Of a stretch of DNA of 64,000 nucleotides, positions 10,301 through 20,200 are shown piece by piece (position 1 is the first letter of the stretch; each line of letters opens with the position of its first letter). This DNA is from an uncultured Bacteroidota bacterium. Its GTDB lineage: Bacteria > Bacteroidota > Ignavibacteria > UBA10030 > UBA6906. The stretch is taken from contig CAVOYH010000005.1 of assembly GCA_963700635.1 (NCBI GenBank), positions 192,625-256,624 of the forward strand, given 5' to 3'. A model generated the notes under the pieces. That model had not been told where the DNA came from, searched no databases, and was given only the letters and a program-made list of their open reading frames with translations. A program made the position numbers and the translations under genes.

Positions 10301-10378
10301 GTGTGCGTTCTGGAAGTGCGACCGGCCGACGGAGCAGCACCCATCCGAATCTCACAACAAATGGTACTCATCCGATAA
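7349..10378 (+). CDS. S8 (subtilisin-family) serine peptidase with Asp-box beta-propeller and T9SS C-terminal domain
   Basis: Catalytic triad contexts 'NVDGGTDWRHPDL' (D), 'YAHGTATAS' (H) and 'SGTSYSSPLVAG' (S). Asp-boxes TTDAGETW, TTDGGTTW, TTNFGSTW, TTDGGGTW, TTNGGQSW. CTD 'NYPNPFNGSS...VMVYDLLGREV...GVYVCVL'. Confidence 0.9.
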   Translation: MRVDGVVVRVVASAMLLMIAEGHAGSRKDRPVRPTEPAGEVIPGVVIVAVRDGAALSDLSLPGEGTPLGRALRARSVTKTRRLFPPATSGISSAPYAKSAGPSEAQARVGRILECSVPLDADPVRIAELLSRDPSVEYAEPKYMHTLYDAPDDPLFGSQFAFTPLNAVAGWSLGKGDRSLLIANVDGGTDWRHPDLLPNVRINTLEDLNRDGVFDASDLNGVDEDGNGFVDDVVGWNFTNKSPDPSGLAATPLSYAHGTATASHFGAVTNNGIGIAGSGWNNALLPVCVASSTTDNGIAFGYEGIAYAAARGAKVINCSWGRIGGFSQFEQDVITAATDAGALVIAAAGNNNSNSDAVPHYPSNYRGVLAVGATESTSDTKASFSNYGVTVPVYAPGVNILSAFVGGGYGSGGSGTSYSSPLVAGLAGILRVAYPGWTPAQIAAQIRMTADPIDFNNPVFAGLLGKGRVNFARALTEAHVGLDVIASDVRTSTGRRLFLPGDTILVTLTLKNSLFLDAANVSFNAASSAPSMVQLVEVPANVGLLAAGQTLQLPPFRFRVGNVPSTSSSVVRLRWTVNGTDADGTALNVWVFPVLPQWVMQLDGAEAGLFSVFAVNRSVVWAAGGNPAGAQPIVVRTTDAGETWTDQTGSLTSGEFYCVNALDANRAWVGTGDGRIIATTDGGTTWNVQAYPDRQSPFINGIRMFSDGTGYAQGDPPGDAKFVVLKTTNFGSTWSHLANEPQGTSGEAGWNNSFWWTDQMNGWFGTNHNKVWRTTDGGGTWASAATGGTNSYGVAFRDASTGYAVHDNGYVARTTNGGQSWSGLTSPTSEMVSSVTVAPATSSAWITTAYSSFRTRNDGAGWTSETLFPVLGSLNHLSFADTASGWVVTSNGEILRYSAGVVTSAGEISAPTIPLSVALDHNYPNPFNGSSIIGYRIQGTGLHAVRVMVYDLLGREVALLAQGTHAAGAYTVVFDARDRASGVYVCVLEVRPADGAAPIRISQQMVLIR

Positions 10379-10380
10379 GC

Positions 10381-11052
10381 ATGAAGACATTTCTGCTGGT
10401 GTGTGGTATAACCCTCCTGCATTGTTCCGGGTCTGCGCAATTTGAGGGGATCATCCAGAGCCGGAATCTGAGTATGGACGATGACGGAGTCACCCAGGAA
10501 TACTCGATGACAATCTGGGTGAAGAAGGCATTCGTGCGGGTTTCCATCCCGCAGATCGGCGTGACGCCCGGGTCAACAGTGATCTACCGGACTGACAGCA
10601 ATGTTTCCTGGATGTTGAATGACCAGGATCGCACGTTTTTTGAAGTCTCTGTTCCGCTGCGCCACGATCCGCGGGAAGATGTTCGTCCGGATCCGAGCGG
10701 GATGGAGAAACCGAAAATTGACCGGACAAAAAAGACCCGCAAGATTCTCGGATATCTCTGCGAGCAGGTGATGATCCGTAGGGGTGACACGGAAACGGAA
10801 ATCTGGGGAACGAAAGGGCTGGACGATCTGACCCGCGTGCTCAACGAATCGCTGGAACCGGCTGAAGGGAGCTCGGTTGAAGGTGATATGATCGCACGAA
10901 TGGGACTCTTCCCGTTACTGTCCATCACCCGCTACGAGGGGCGCATCCTGGAATCCCAGGAAGTGACAAAGATAGAGCGGAAGATGTTGGCGGGTGAGCT
11001 TTTTAAGATTCCCGAAGGATATAAGAAGCAGAAAGCGTTAGACATGGAATAA
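10381..11052 (+). CDS. DUF4412-like secreted protein
   Basis: The ATG at 10381 gives signal MKTFLLVCGITLLHCSGSAQ. 'FEGIIQS...MTIWVKKAFVRV' and 'TRKILGYLCEQVMI..GDTETEIWGTKGL' fit the DUF4412 pattern. Starts 3 nt after the S8 peptidase stop. Confidence 0.55.
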   Translation: MKTFLLVCGITLLHCSGSAQFEGIIQSRNLSMDDDGVTQEYSMTIWVKKAFVRVSIPQIGVTPGSTVIYRTDSNVSWMLNDQDRTFFEVSVPLRHDPREDVRPDPSGMEKPKIDRTKKTRKILGYLCEQVMIRRGDTETEIWGTKGLDDLTRVLNESLEPAEGSSVEGDMIARMGLFPLLSITRYEGRILESQEVTKIERKMLAGELFKIPEGYKKQKALDME

Positions 11053-11104
11053 TCCCCCCCCCGGCGGCCGCTCCGGCTGCCTCTATAAAGAAGGAACACG
11101 ATCT

Positions 11105-13171
11105 ATGAGCCAACAGCCCGTGCACACACCCATAGTTCCTGCCTCTTCCACGATGAAGGAATTCAGCTTTCGCTCGGTCGCCCTCGGCGTATTCCTGGCG
11201 ATGCTGATGGGAGCGGCGAATGCGTACCTCGGACTAAAGGCGGGCATGACCATTGCCGCCACATATACAACTGCTGTGGTGGGGATGGCGGTGTTGAAGG
11301 TCCTCAAAGGGACACTGCTGGAAGAAAATACCACGCGAACGGTCGGTTCCATCGGGGGGAATGTCGCCACGGGTGCGATTTTCACACTCCCCGCGTTTTT
11401 TATCGCCTCGGTCTGGACTCCTTTCTTCTCGGCTGAAAACTACATGATTTCGACCATCATCCTCGTGGTGGCCGGAATTCTCGGGATCATGTTCGTCACG
11501 ATTCTCCGCCGTGTGCTTGTTGAAGACCGTGAGCTGCCGTTTCCGGAATCCATTGCGGCTGCGGAAATTCACAAATCCGGACAGGCGGGGATTCAGAATT
11601 CACGCCATCTCTTCACGGGTATGGGTATTGGCGCGCTGTTCAGCGCAATGGTGGAATTCAAAATACTTGCGGCGGGATGGCAGTACATATTACGTCTCAC
11701 GAAAGGGACGCTTCTTTTCCGCGCGCCTGGTATGAACCCGGCGTACTTCGGAGTGGGATATATCATCGGCCCGCGGCTCGGGGCTATTAACTTCAGCGGC
11801 GGGGTTCTGGCCTGGGGACTGCTGACACCCGTGATTGCCTACTTTATGCACCGCGAAAATCCAGCGGCAGTGACCGATTGGGCAGCAGAGCTGACCACGG
11901 TGTGGAAGGGTTCGGTCCGGTACATCGCCATCGGCGGAATGTTGACGGGCGCATTCTATACGCTTTATAAGATGCGCGGCAGTCTGATCAACGGCATCAC
12001 CCGGTCCGTTTCATATCTGAGCAAATCCGCAGCAGGAGGCGCTGACGTTCTGCGGACGGACAAGGATATCACATTACGATGGTCGCTGCCGGCTTTTGGT
12101 GTGATCCTGGTCATCATGTTCTTCATCTTCCAGTATTTCGCGGGTGACGCCCTGCCTGCGGGTGTCGCTTCGGGCGTCATGCTCGTCCTGGGATTCGTTT
12201 TCGCGGCGGTCTCGGGTTACCTTGTCGGAATCATCGGTGTCAGCAACAATCCGACGAGCGGCCTCACCGTTTCGGTGCTCATTATTGTTGCATTTCTGAT
12301 GCTGGCCCTGGGGATGAGCGGAGAACCGGCGGTGGCGGCCGTGCTGGGAGTGGCGGCGTTCACGTGCACAAGCGTTTCGGTTGCGGGAGAGATGATGCAG
12401 GATCTTAAAGCCGGTCATATTCTTGGCTGTACACCCTGGAAAATGCAGCTGGGCGATATGCTGGGTGTCGTGGCGTCGGCTGTGGTGATGTTTCTGATTC
12501 TTTCGCTGCTTCATATCGGAGACTTAAAACGCGCGGTGGGGGATGAGTTTGACCGGTTGGAACAGAGCGGAACTACCTCCGTCACCTACAAGGGGAAAGT
12601 TGTGGACCTCCAGGGAACAACATATACTCTGGACCAGGTGCGCCAGCTTTCACCGGAAGAACAGAATGACGTTCTTGGCACGCAGGCCGGATTCGGCGGC
12701 GAGAGACTTCCTGCCCCGCAGGCAAGTCTGATGGCAGTGGTGACACGCGGGATCGTGGAGGCTCAGGCCGAGCTGATCCTTATCCTCGTCGGCGTCTTTT
12801 TCGGCCTCGCACTCATCCTGATGCAGGTAAAAAGCCCGATGCTCATCAGCGTGGGGATGTACCTTCCCATCGACACGACCTTTGCAATATTCGTGGGTGG
12901 AGTGATGAAAGGTATGCTGGACAAGATCCTGGCGAAACGTAAGGTTGAGGGTGCGGCAAAGGAAAAAATTGATAATATCGGCGTGCTGCTTGCTTCAGGA
13001 ATGATCGCCGGCGAAGCGCTGCTGGGGTTACTGTTTGCCGGACTTGCCTTTGGCGACATCAAACTTCCACATGTGTTTGATAATCCAACGTATCTCCTCA
13101 GTCTTGCTGCGATCGCGGTGATTGCGCTCGTTCTGGTGCGCGTGCCCTGGTCGGAGTTAAAGAAAGGGTAA
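11105..13171 (+). CDS. OPT-family oligopeptide transporter
   Basis: 688-aa polytopic membrane protein. N-terminal 'FSFRSVALGVFLAMLMGAANAYLGLKAGMTIAAT' and the overall architecture are typical of the OPT superfamily (TC 2.A.67). Confidence 0.8.
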   Translation: MSQQPVHTPIVPASSTMKEFSFRSVALGVFLAMLMGAANAYLGLKAGMTIAATYTTAVVGMAVLKVLKGTLLEENTTRTVGSIGGNVATGAIFTLPAFFIASVWTPFFSAENYMISTIILVVAGILGIMFVTILRRVLVEDRELPFPESIAAAEIHKSGQAGIQNSRHLFTGMGIGALFSAMVEFKILAAGWQYILRLTKGTLLFRAPGMNPAYFGVGYIIGPRLGAINFSGGVLAWGLLTPVIAYFMHRENPAAVTDWAAELTTVWKGSVRYIAIGGMLTGAFYTLYKMRGSLINGITRSVSYLSKSAAGGADVLRTDKDITLRWSLPAFGVILVIMFFIFQYFAGDALPAGVASGVMLVLGFVFAAVSGYLVGIIGVSNNPTSGLTVSVLIIVAFLMLALGMSGEPAVAAVLGVAAFTCTSVSVAGEMMQDLKAGHILGCTPWKMQLGDMLGVVASAVVMFLILSLLHIGDLKRAVGDEFDRLEQSGTTSVTYKGKVVDLQGTTYTLDQVRQLSPEEQNDVLGTQAGFGGERLPAPQASLMAVVTRGIVEAQAELILILVGVFFGLALILMQVKSPMLISVGMYLPIDTTFAIFVGGVMKGMLDKILAKRKVEGAAKEKIDNIGVLLASGMIAGEALLGLLFAGLAFGDIKLPHVFDNPTYLLSLAAIAVIALVLVRVPWSELKKG

Positions 13172-13175
13172 GACG

Positions 13176-16100
13176 ATGCGTGCGGTCCATGTTGTCGTTG
13201 TATTATGCGGTCTTTCGCTCCGGCTGGATGCCCACGAGCCTGCAATGCCAGAAACGGACAGGATGTCCGCCTCCGGCCTTGTTCCCTCAGTGCTGCCCCT
13301 GCCGGAGCGCACGGCTGAAATGCGGACGGCATGGATCAGGCATTTTGGAAACCGTATGGTTCCTTCTGACGCCCGGGTGCAGTGCGCGACTGCGCAGCAG
13401 GATGGGGGTGTTATTGTCTCAGGACAATTCGGGGGCCAGCCCCTGACCGTGCGGTTTGGTCCGGATGGCGGGGTGGTCTGGGCGGATGTGTATCTCGATC
13501 CGGATGAACGTACAGTTGTGCCTGCTGCTGTGTACGCAGATTCACTCGGCAATGCGTACGTCGTCTTGAGGGCGTATGCGAAATCGGATGGAGCGCCCTG
13601 GACGGTTGTTGTGAAGTACGGCCCATCCGGTGAGCGAAAGTGGGTCACGCCGCACCCCGGTATGCACAAGGCAAGTGCTCTGGATAAGGCCGGGAACGTA
13701 TTTCTCGGCCTGATATGGAGTGAATCAACAGTTCCCAACCGCTTTGGAACCGCCGATTATGTTATCGTGGGCGTTTCACCCCTGGGGGATATTCGCTGGC
13801 GCCGGACCTATGACGGACCATGGGGGGGCGCAGATAACATCAGCGCCCTGCAACTGGATGGGCACGGAAATATCTACGTGACGGGGCTGGCTCTCAGGCA
13901 TCCATGGACATCCGGCATTGCCACGATGATGTTCGACAAAACCGGGTCGATGCAGTGGATGCAACTCCATTCTCCCTCCGACGAAGTCTCCCCTGCAAGC
14001 CCTCTCATGGGGGTCGACCCCTCCGGCGGCACGTTTGTGACGGCGTACGAAAACGGCAAACAGGAGTTCGACCTGGTCCGGTACAATGTGACCGGGGCTG
14101 TGCAGTGGGTGACCAGATACACCGGCATCCCGAAGGCGCTCCTCTCTGATCCATCCGGTGATCTTTATCTCGTGACCACGTCGGATATCTCGCGGATTGA
14201 TGGTTCAGGAGTCGTCCGGTGGACTCAGCCCAGAGAAGGCGCAACGGCGTTTACTATTGCGGGGGGATTGTTCTTTGCCGGGAGTTCGGCGGCAGGCCGG
14301 GTGACCACGGCCGCGTTTAATATCGCGGGCACGAAAAAATGGTCGACACAATCAACCCCCGCTCCTGAAACCGGCGACGAGCTGATAACGATGATATCTG
14401 ACGGCACGGGAAAAATTACGGCCGTCGGGACAAGATTACGCACCGGCGGGGGGGCGGATTTTGTCGGGCACATCTGCGACACGCTCGGCACACCCGTCAG
14501 AACTTTGCACTATGCCGCTCCCGCTTCGTCATACAATATCAGTGTGGCGTCCTGTGTTGACCGGGACGGCAACACCTACGTTGTAGGAACACAATCGTAC
14601 CCTCCGGGCGATCGTCCTCATGTGATTGTCAAGTTTAGTCCGTCGGGAGACACCCTGTTTACACGTCAGGTGCCGGCTATGGCCGCGAACAATGTGCGGC
14701 CTGTTGGAATGACGGTGGACGGGCTGGGCAAAATTCGGGTAGCCGGGTTCGATCAGGCCGGGACTCCTGTGTTGCTTTGTTTTTCGGATCTCGGCGTCCT
14801 GGAATGGGCTGCTTCATCGTCACAGCCACTGTATTCTTACGATGTGCAAATGAAGTCGGATGCGGGGGGGAAAACGATTCTTGTCGGACGCTACTTCTTC
14901 AAAGAAGTCGTGATCGTGGCATTCAGTTCCACCGGAAATCAACTGTGGACCCGGAGCCACAGCGGCGCTGAGTATTCGAATTATTTTGGCGCAGACATGG
15001 ATTCCGCCGGTAACGTGTATCTCGGGATTACCCACGGAACGGATGACGCAGCGGTGGGCCAACTCCTGAAATATTCTCCTGACGGGCAGCCTCTCTGGGC
15101 GCACACGTCAGCCGGGAGTCTCGTGCCTCTGCAGGGACCGGGCGCTCAGAAATTCCAGGGACTGGCGGTAGATCCGGCCGGCCGTTGTGTTGTTGCTCTT
15201 CAGAACTGGAAAGCATCGGACAGCACAAAGAACATTCTCACGCTCTGTTACTCCCCGGCGGGAGAACTGCGCTGGTGGGGAAGTGATCTGACCGATCTCA
15301 CGACCTTTTACAGGACGGCTGTGCTCTTCGGGAAGAATGGCGATGTGCTCCTTTCCGGCCGCGGGACCATCCGTGACTACGGGTTATTCAATTTCCTCCT
15401 CCGGTATGATGCACAGGGGAACAAGCTCAGCCGTGCCGACATCCCCGGAGACTACACTCCGGAAGCAACTGTCATGGATGCTCAGGACAGGGTGTGTGCC
15501 GTCGGCAGTGTCTATTCTACCTATTCCGGAATGACGCCGGATATATTCACATACAGTTACGGTCCATCCGGGAGTCTGGCCTGGGTCGAGAAGTTTAATG
15601 CTTCGCCGGGCGCCCACGATTATGCGGTTGGAATCGGTATGGGGCGGGACAATACGGTGATTGTCAGCGGCTACAGCACGATTCCTGTGCAGGATGGTCC
15701 CCCCCGTGAGACAGGAACCTTTTTTACTCTCATCGGATACGTCCCGCTTGCGGCACCGGGTTCCCTGGTTGCCAATCCGGGCTTTGAATCGGAACTGACC
15801 TCGTGGGTCTGCAATACGAACGGTGCGGCGATGCTTGCGGTGATCCCGGCCGGGGAAAAGAGCCCTCTGGCAGCTTCCCTTGTAATTCAACGGCAGGACT
15901 CGAACATCACGCTCTATCAATCCGGCATACCGCTCGAACCGTTCGCCCACTACCGGCTCACATACTCAGCCCGGTGTAACACCGGCCATGATGTGTCGGT
16001 CTCCCTGATCAGACATACGCCGCCGTACAATTCATACGGCCTGGCTGAGAGGGTGTGTGATCTGGGCCGTGAATGGACGTCCTTCAGCATCGACTTCTTC

Positions 16101-17234
16101 ACCGAAGGGTTCACCGGTCTGGTGAACGACGGGAGAATTATGTTCCGCTTCGCCGGTCTGGCTGAGAGCGGTGACGAGTACCTGTTCGATAACATTGCGC
16201 TGGAACGGATCACGTCGCCCGATGCGGCTTCCACGGTGCGTCATCCGTCGGATGTATCAGGCGGTGCCGGCAAGCCGGTTCTTTTCCGGGTTGTTGCTCC
16301 CCAGGCGACACGGTTCCAGTGGCAGAAGAACGGCGAAGATATCCCCGGAGCTGATTGGAATCGATACGCTACTCCCGCGCTCACAGCAGCTGACAGCGGG
16401 ACGGAATTCTCCTGCAGGGTCACCGGGCCTGCGGGTGTGCTCCAGACACGCTCTGCCGTAGTACATGTCCACAACGAACCGGTTTCACTCGTCCGTAATC
16501 ATCGCTTTGATGAGGGGACGCAGGGGTGGGAGATGGCCGCCAATGCCCCGGCATCGCTTGCTGTCGAGGGCCCGTCGTCGATCGCACATGTGTCTATTCA
16601 GAAGAGCCACCCGAATCTGCAGCTCCTGGCGGGGGGTATTGAGTTGATCGGTGGGGCACGGTATCTTCTGAGCTTTCGTGCCCGATCTTCGACCGGCCAC
16701 GATGTGGCCGTAAGTCTGGTTAAACACACTCCTCCGTACACGCCCTACGCGCCGGATCTGACGCTCATCGACCTCTCCACTGATTGGAGAGACCATACGA
16801 TGTCATTTGTCGCAACCGACGGGATGGGTGTTGTGGCGGATGCGCGGCTCATGTTCTGGATGACCCCCTATGCGTCAGACGGAGATGAGTATTACTTCGA
16901 CGATGTGATGCTGGAAGAAGTGATAGCCGGCCCCACAACGGAGACAGCAGGGGAGAGCACTCAAAGTCCGCTCATCTTTGCGTTAGAGCAGAACACGCCC
17001 AACCCGTTTAACCCTGAAACATCCATATCCTTTACCATAGAAGCGCGACAGCATGTCCGGCTTGTGGTGTATGACCTTCTGGGACGGGAGGTTGCCAGAA
17101 TCGTGGATGCGCATCTTGATCCCGGCAGCCATACGGCACGGTATCGTGCCGCCGGGATGGCGAGCGGCGTGTATTTTTACAGACTCGAAACAGCGCGGCA
17201 GGTGGCAACAAAGAAGATGATGATGGTGCGTTGA
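13176..17234 (+). CDS. Giant secreted protein: SBBP-like beta-propeller repeats, two CBM4_9-like modules, an Ig domain and a T9SS CTD
   Basis: More than 10 repeats of 'D..GN.Y(V/L).G' (DSLGNAYVV, DGHGNIYVTG, DRDGNTYVVG, DSAGNVYLG...). Two 'N..FE.G...W...LY(Q)...Y.L.F.AR..TGHDV.VSL..HT.PY...' modules. Ig-like 'WQKNGEDIPGA...DSGTEFSCRV'. CTD 'NTPNPFNPETS...VVYDLLGREV...GVYFYRL'. Confidence 0.75.
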   Translation: MRAVHVVVVLCGLSLRLDAHEPAMPETDRMSASGLVPSVLPLPERTAEMRTAWIRHFGNRMVPSDARVQCATAQQDGGVIVSGQFGGQPLTVRFGPDGGVVWADVYLDPDERTVVPAAVYADSLGNAYVVLRAYAKSDGAPWTVVVKYGPSGERKWVTPHPGMHKASALDKAGNVFLGLIWSESTVPNRFGTADYVIVGVSPLGDIRWRRTYDGPWGGADNISALQLDGHGNIYVTGLALRHPWTSGIATMMFDKTGSMQWMQLHSPSDEVSPASPLMGVDPSGGTFVTAYENGKQEFDLVRYNVTGAVQWVTRYTGIPKALLSDPSGDLYLVTTSDISRIDGSGVVRWTQPREGATAFTIAGGLFFAGSSAAGRVTTAAFNIAGTKKWSTQSTPAPETGDELITMISDGTGKITAVGTRLRTGGGADFVGHICDTLGTPVRTLHYAAPASSYNISVASCVDRDGNTYVVGTQSYPPGDRPHVIVKFSPSGDTLFTRQVPAMAANNVRPVGMTVDGLGKIRVAGFDQAGTPVLLCFSDLGVLEWAASSSQPLYSYDVQMKSDAGGKTILVGRYFFKEVVIVAFSSTGNQLWTRSHSGAEYSNYFGADMDSAGNVYLGITHGTDDAAVGQLLKYSPDGQPLWAHTSAGSLVPLQGPGAQKFQGLAVDPAGRCVVALQNWKASDSTKNILTLCYSPAGELRWWGSDLTDLTTFYRTAVLFGKNGDVLLSGRGTIRDYGLFNFLLRYDAQGNKLSRADIPGDYTPEATVMDAQDRVCAVGSVYSTYSGMTPDIFTYSYGPSGSLAWVEKFNASPGAHDYAVGIGMGRDNTVIVSGYSTIPVQDGPPRETGTFFTLIGYVPLAAPGSLVANPGFESELTSWVCNTNGAAMLAVIPAGEKSPLAASLVIQRQDSNITLYQSGIPLEPFAHYRLTYSARCNTGHDVSVSLIRHTPPYNSYGLAERVCDLGREWTSFSIDFFTEGFTGLVNDGRIMFRFAGLAESGDEYLFDNIALERITSPDAASTVRHPSDVSGGAGKPVLFRVVAPQATRFQWQKNGEDIPGADWNRYATPALTAADSGTEFSCRVTGPAGVLQTRSAVVHVHNEPVSLVRNHRFDEGTQGWEMAANAPASLAVEGPSSIAHVSIQKSHPNLQLLAGGIELIGGARYLLSFRARSSTGHDVAVSLVKHTPPYTPYAPDLTLIDLSTDWRDHTMSFVATDGMGVVADARLMFWMTPYASDGDEYYFDDVMLEEVIAGPTTETAGESTQSPLIFALEQNTPNPFNPETSISFTIEARQHVRLVVYDLLGREVARIVDAHLDPGSHTARYRAAGMASGVYFYRLETARQVATKKMMMVR

Positions 17235-17258
17235 GTGCCGACCCTCCGGCGCAGCCAT

Positions 17259-20200
17259 TTACCGCGCCAGGATCATCTTGCGTGTTTCCATCACGCCATT
17301 CGCCCGGAGTCTGAAGAAGTAGGCTCCACTCGGCAACGCCGCACCGTCAAAAGTGACGTAATGGTCACCCTCCTGCTGTTCGGCGTCAGCGAGTACCGCC
17401 ACCTCCTCGCCGATCATGTTGTAGACTTTTAATGAAACATGAGTTTGAGCGGGTAGGCGGTAATGAATGATGGTGTTCGGATTAAACGGATTCGGATAGT
17501 TCTGGTCCAAATGGATCTCCGCCGGCAGCACATCCTCCTCCTTGGCAGGGGATTCTTCGGAGGCCGTGGTGAAGAACGAAGAAGCCGAAAAGGGTCCGGC
17601 GCCGGAGATATTCATCGCATTAACACGATAGTAGTACCTGGTTGCGGCTTCCAGCGGCCCTACCCGCGCCACGGTGTCGGCGGCAACTGAATCGTGCACA
17701 AGGGAAGCGAACGAGGCATTCCTCGCAAGCTGTACCCGGTACCCGTCGGCGCCCTCAAATCCGGTCCAGCGGATCGTGGTCACGGTGGGTTGATTCGTAG
17801 CTCCCCCTGCGGGAAGCGTGAGCACCGGGGCTGTCGGAATCGGCGGCGCGCTGCTTTCCTGCAGATCCACTGCGTCAAGCCAGTACCGATCCCCGGCCCT
17901 GGCGAACCCCGAGAATAAGAATTGCAGTCGGGCATCAGTTACGGTGCCGGAGAAGTTTTTTGTCTGAAGGTAGACTGTATACGTCCGCCATTGTGTGGAC
18001 AGGGGCACCATCCGTGCCTGGAGTCCATAATCTGTGAACGGAGACGAGTGTCGGATAAGCCCGACGGCAAGAGCCTGACCGGACGTCGAGTACCCGGAGA
18101 ATGTCAGGCGGTAGATGGTATTCGCTTTCAGGGAAACACCCTGCTGATAAAGCTGGATGTTGTCAGCGGTTGTTGAAATGGTTATACGGGCTGCGGACGC
18201 GCCTGTGAAACCGGGTGTTGCTGTCACGAAACTGCCAGTGCCGCCGGTGTGGAACGTCCATTCCTGCGTCCCGCTCTCAAAATCACTGTTCCGCAGAACC
18301 GGCGCTGCTTCCGGGACACTCCCTCCGGGCTTCGGCGCCGTAGTGAATACCCGCACGGTGGACCAGAGGCCGGCGCCTCCCTGATTGACGCCCCGCACTC
18401 TCCAGTAGTACCGTGTACTGTCCGCGAGTGACGAGATCGAATACGATGTGCTGACAACGTTGCTCGCATCGATTACCGTGCTGTTAAAAGCGGATCCCAC
18501 GGAAACCTGCACCTGATACGAGAGCGCTGTGCTTGCCGCCGTCCACGTCAGTGCGGATTGCAGGAGAATGCCGCTCGCGCCATCGGCGGGCAGAGCCAGC
18601 TGGACGGCTGCCGGGGATGCAGGAATCTGAGGAGCTGTTCCTCCGGACTCGAATGCGCCGATATCCGGTGCGTTGCCGTTGTACGCCGGATGCACGCCGG
18701 CTCCCGCCGCCCATGTCCGCGGTTCACGAAGGGTCACGATATTACGGGTGTAGTCGATGGAGCTGATACGGACGGCGGTCCCTCCTCCGATCCTGATGTT
18801 ATCGCCTTCGATGATCCCGAAGCCGTCACAGAAAAAATACGCATCGTTGACAGTAAGGGTTGTCGTGTTGACACCGGAAGAGGTTGTCAGCGCGACAGGA
18901 ACACCGGCATCGATGGCCGGCGAGCCTGCCCGGAGTCCAAAGTTCCAGGCGCGATCGTAGCCGGCCGGATATGCCGGGACGTTGACAAAGGCCGGGTCTG
19001 CTTCTCTGGCGGACGCGTCCTTTCCCTTCATGTACGCATAACCACCGTAGGTGGCGAGCTCGTTTTTCCAGCTGGCCAGCCCGACCGTGGTGATCATGGT
19101 GCCGTCCTTACGGTGGTAAAACCGGACAGAAGTCCCCTGGTCATAGTACAGGTTGTTGTCGAGATAAAACTTGTCTCCCCAGTCCATCATCCAGTTGTAG
19201 ATCCCCCGGCTGGGTTGTCCCGCCACGATGTTGTTCAGAAATGCCCGTTGCTGGTTCGGATAGTTGAATGCCAGCAGACCTGCATGTGATTCTCCCGTCT
19301 GGTTCGGTCCAAGCCACGTGCGCCTGTTGTTCAGCACGGTATTGTTGTAGTAGTGATCGCCCTCGGCCATTTCCAGGCCGATCGTGTGGTCCCAGATAAC
19401 ATTTCCGCGCACGATCGTGTTGCGTGTTGGCGTATTCGCGTTTGCGGACACCCCTCCTCCGCTGCCGGCGTCATGCCCGTTCAGGGGACCGTCATCATCA
19501 CCGCTGGACGAGTACATGAGATTGTTCTCGATGAGAGTATGCCCGGCCCCTTTGAGGTCGATGGCATTCTCCGCGGCATTCCCCATCACGTTGTTCCGGA
19601 TGATGGTTCCCCGGTTATACAGTGTGCTGGTCGGATTGCCATAATCGGGCTCGAACTGGATATTGTCCTCTACGAAAGATGTATCCAGGACACAAAATTC
19701 GATGAGCGTGCCATGATAGGCCGTGCTGCCGTCCGCCGTGGCGCCGACATCAATGCAGTTCTGCCCGATCGCATGGATGGTATCGTATCTCACAACAGTA
19801 TACCGTGGCGAGGATCCGGCAATGACGATCCCGAAAGACAATCCCCGTATATAGCAGTGTTCGATTGTATTGTACCGTCCGGCTTCGGCGATGCCGCGCG
19901 AACTTGCCTTGCGCGTATAGATGTTCCCCAGCACATCCCCGTATGCCACCAGGCGGTTGTACCGGAACGTGTTGTGTGATCCTTCGAGGATGACCCAGTA
20001 TTCATTGTTGTTCGGGAGACTGAAGTAATCCTGATTGTGAAACGTAAAACCTTCGATGATCACCCAGCTGCCGTAGAGTGCGACGAGGTTCAGGTTGTTA
20101 TCGTTCGCCCCGTCAATGATGACCTGCTCCCCCGGCGAGGCCCGGTAGACAAGCGGGGAACCGGAGGCGCCGGATTGTGCGGGGGCAATACGTTCATGGT

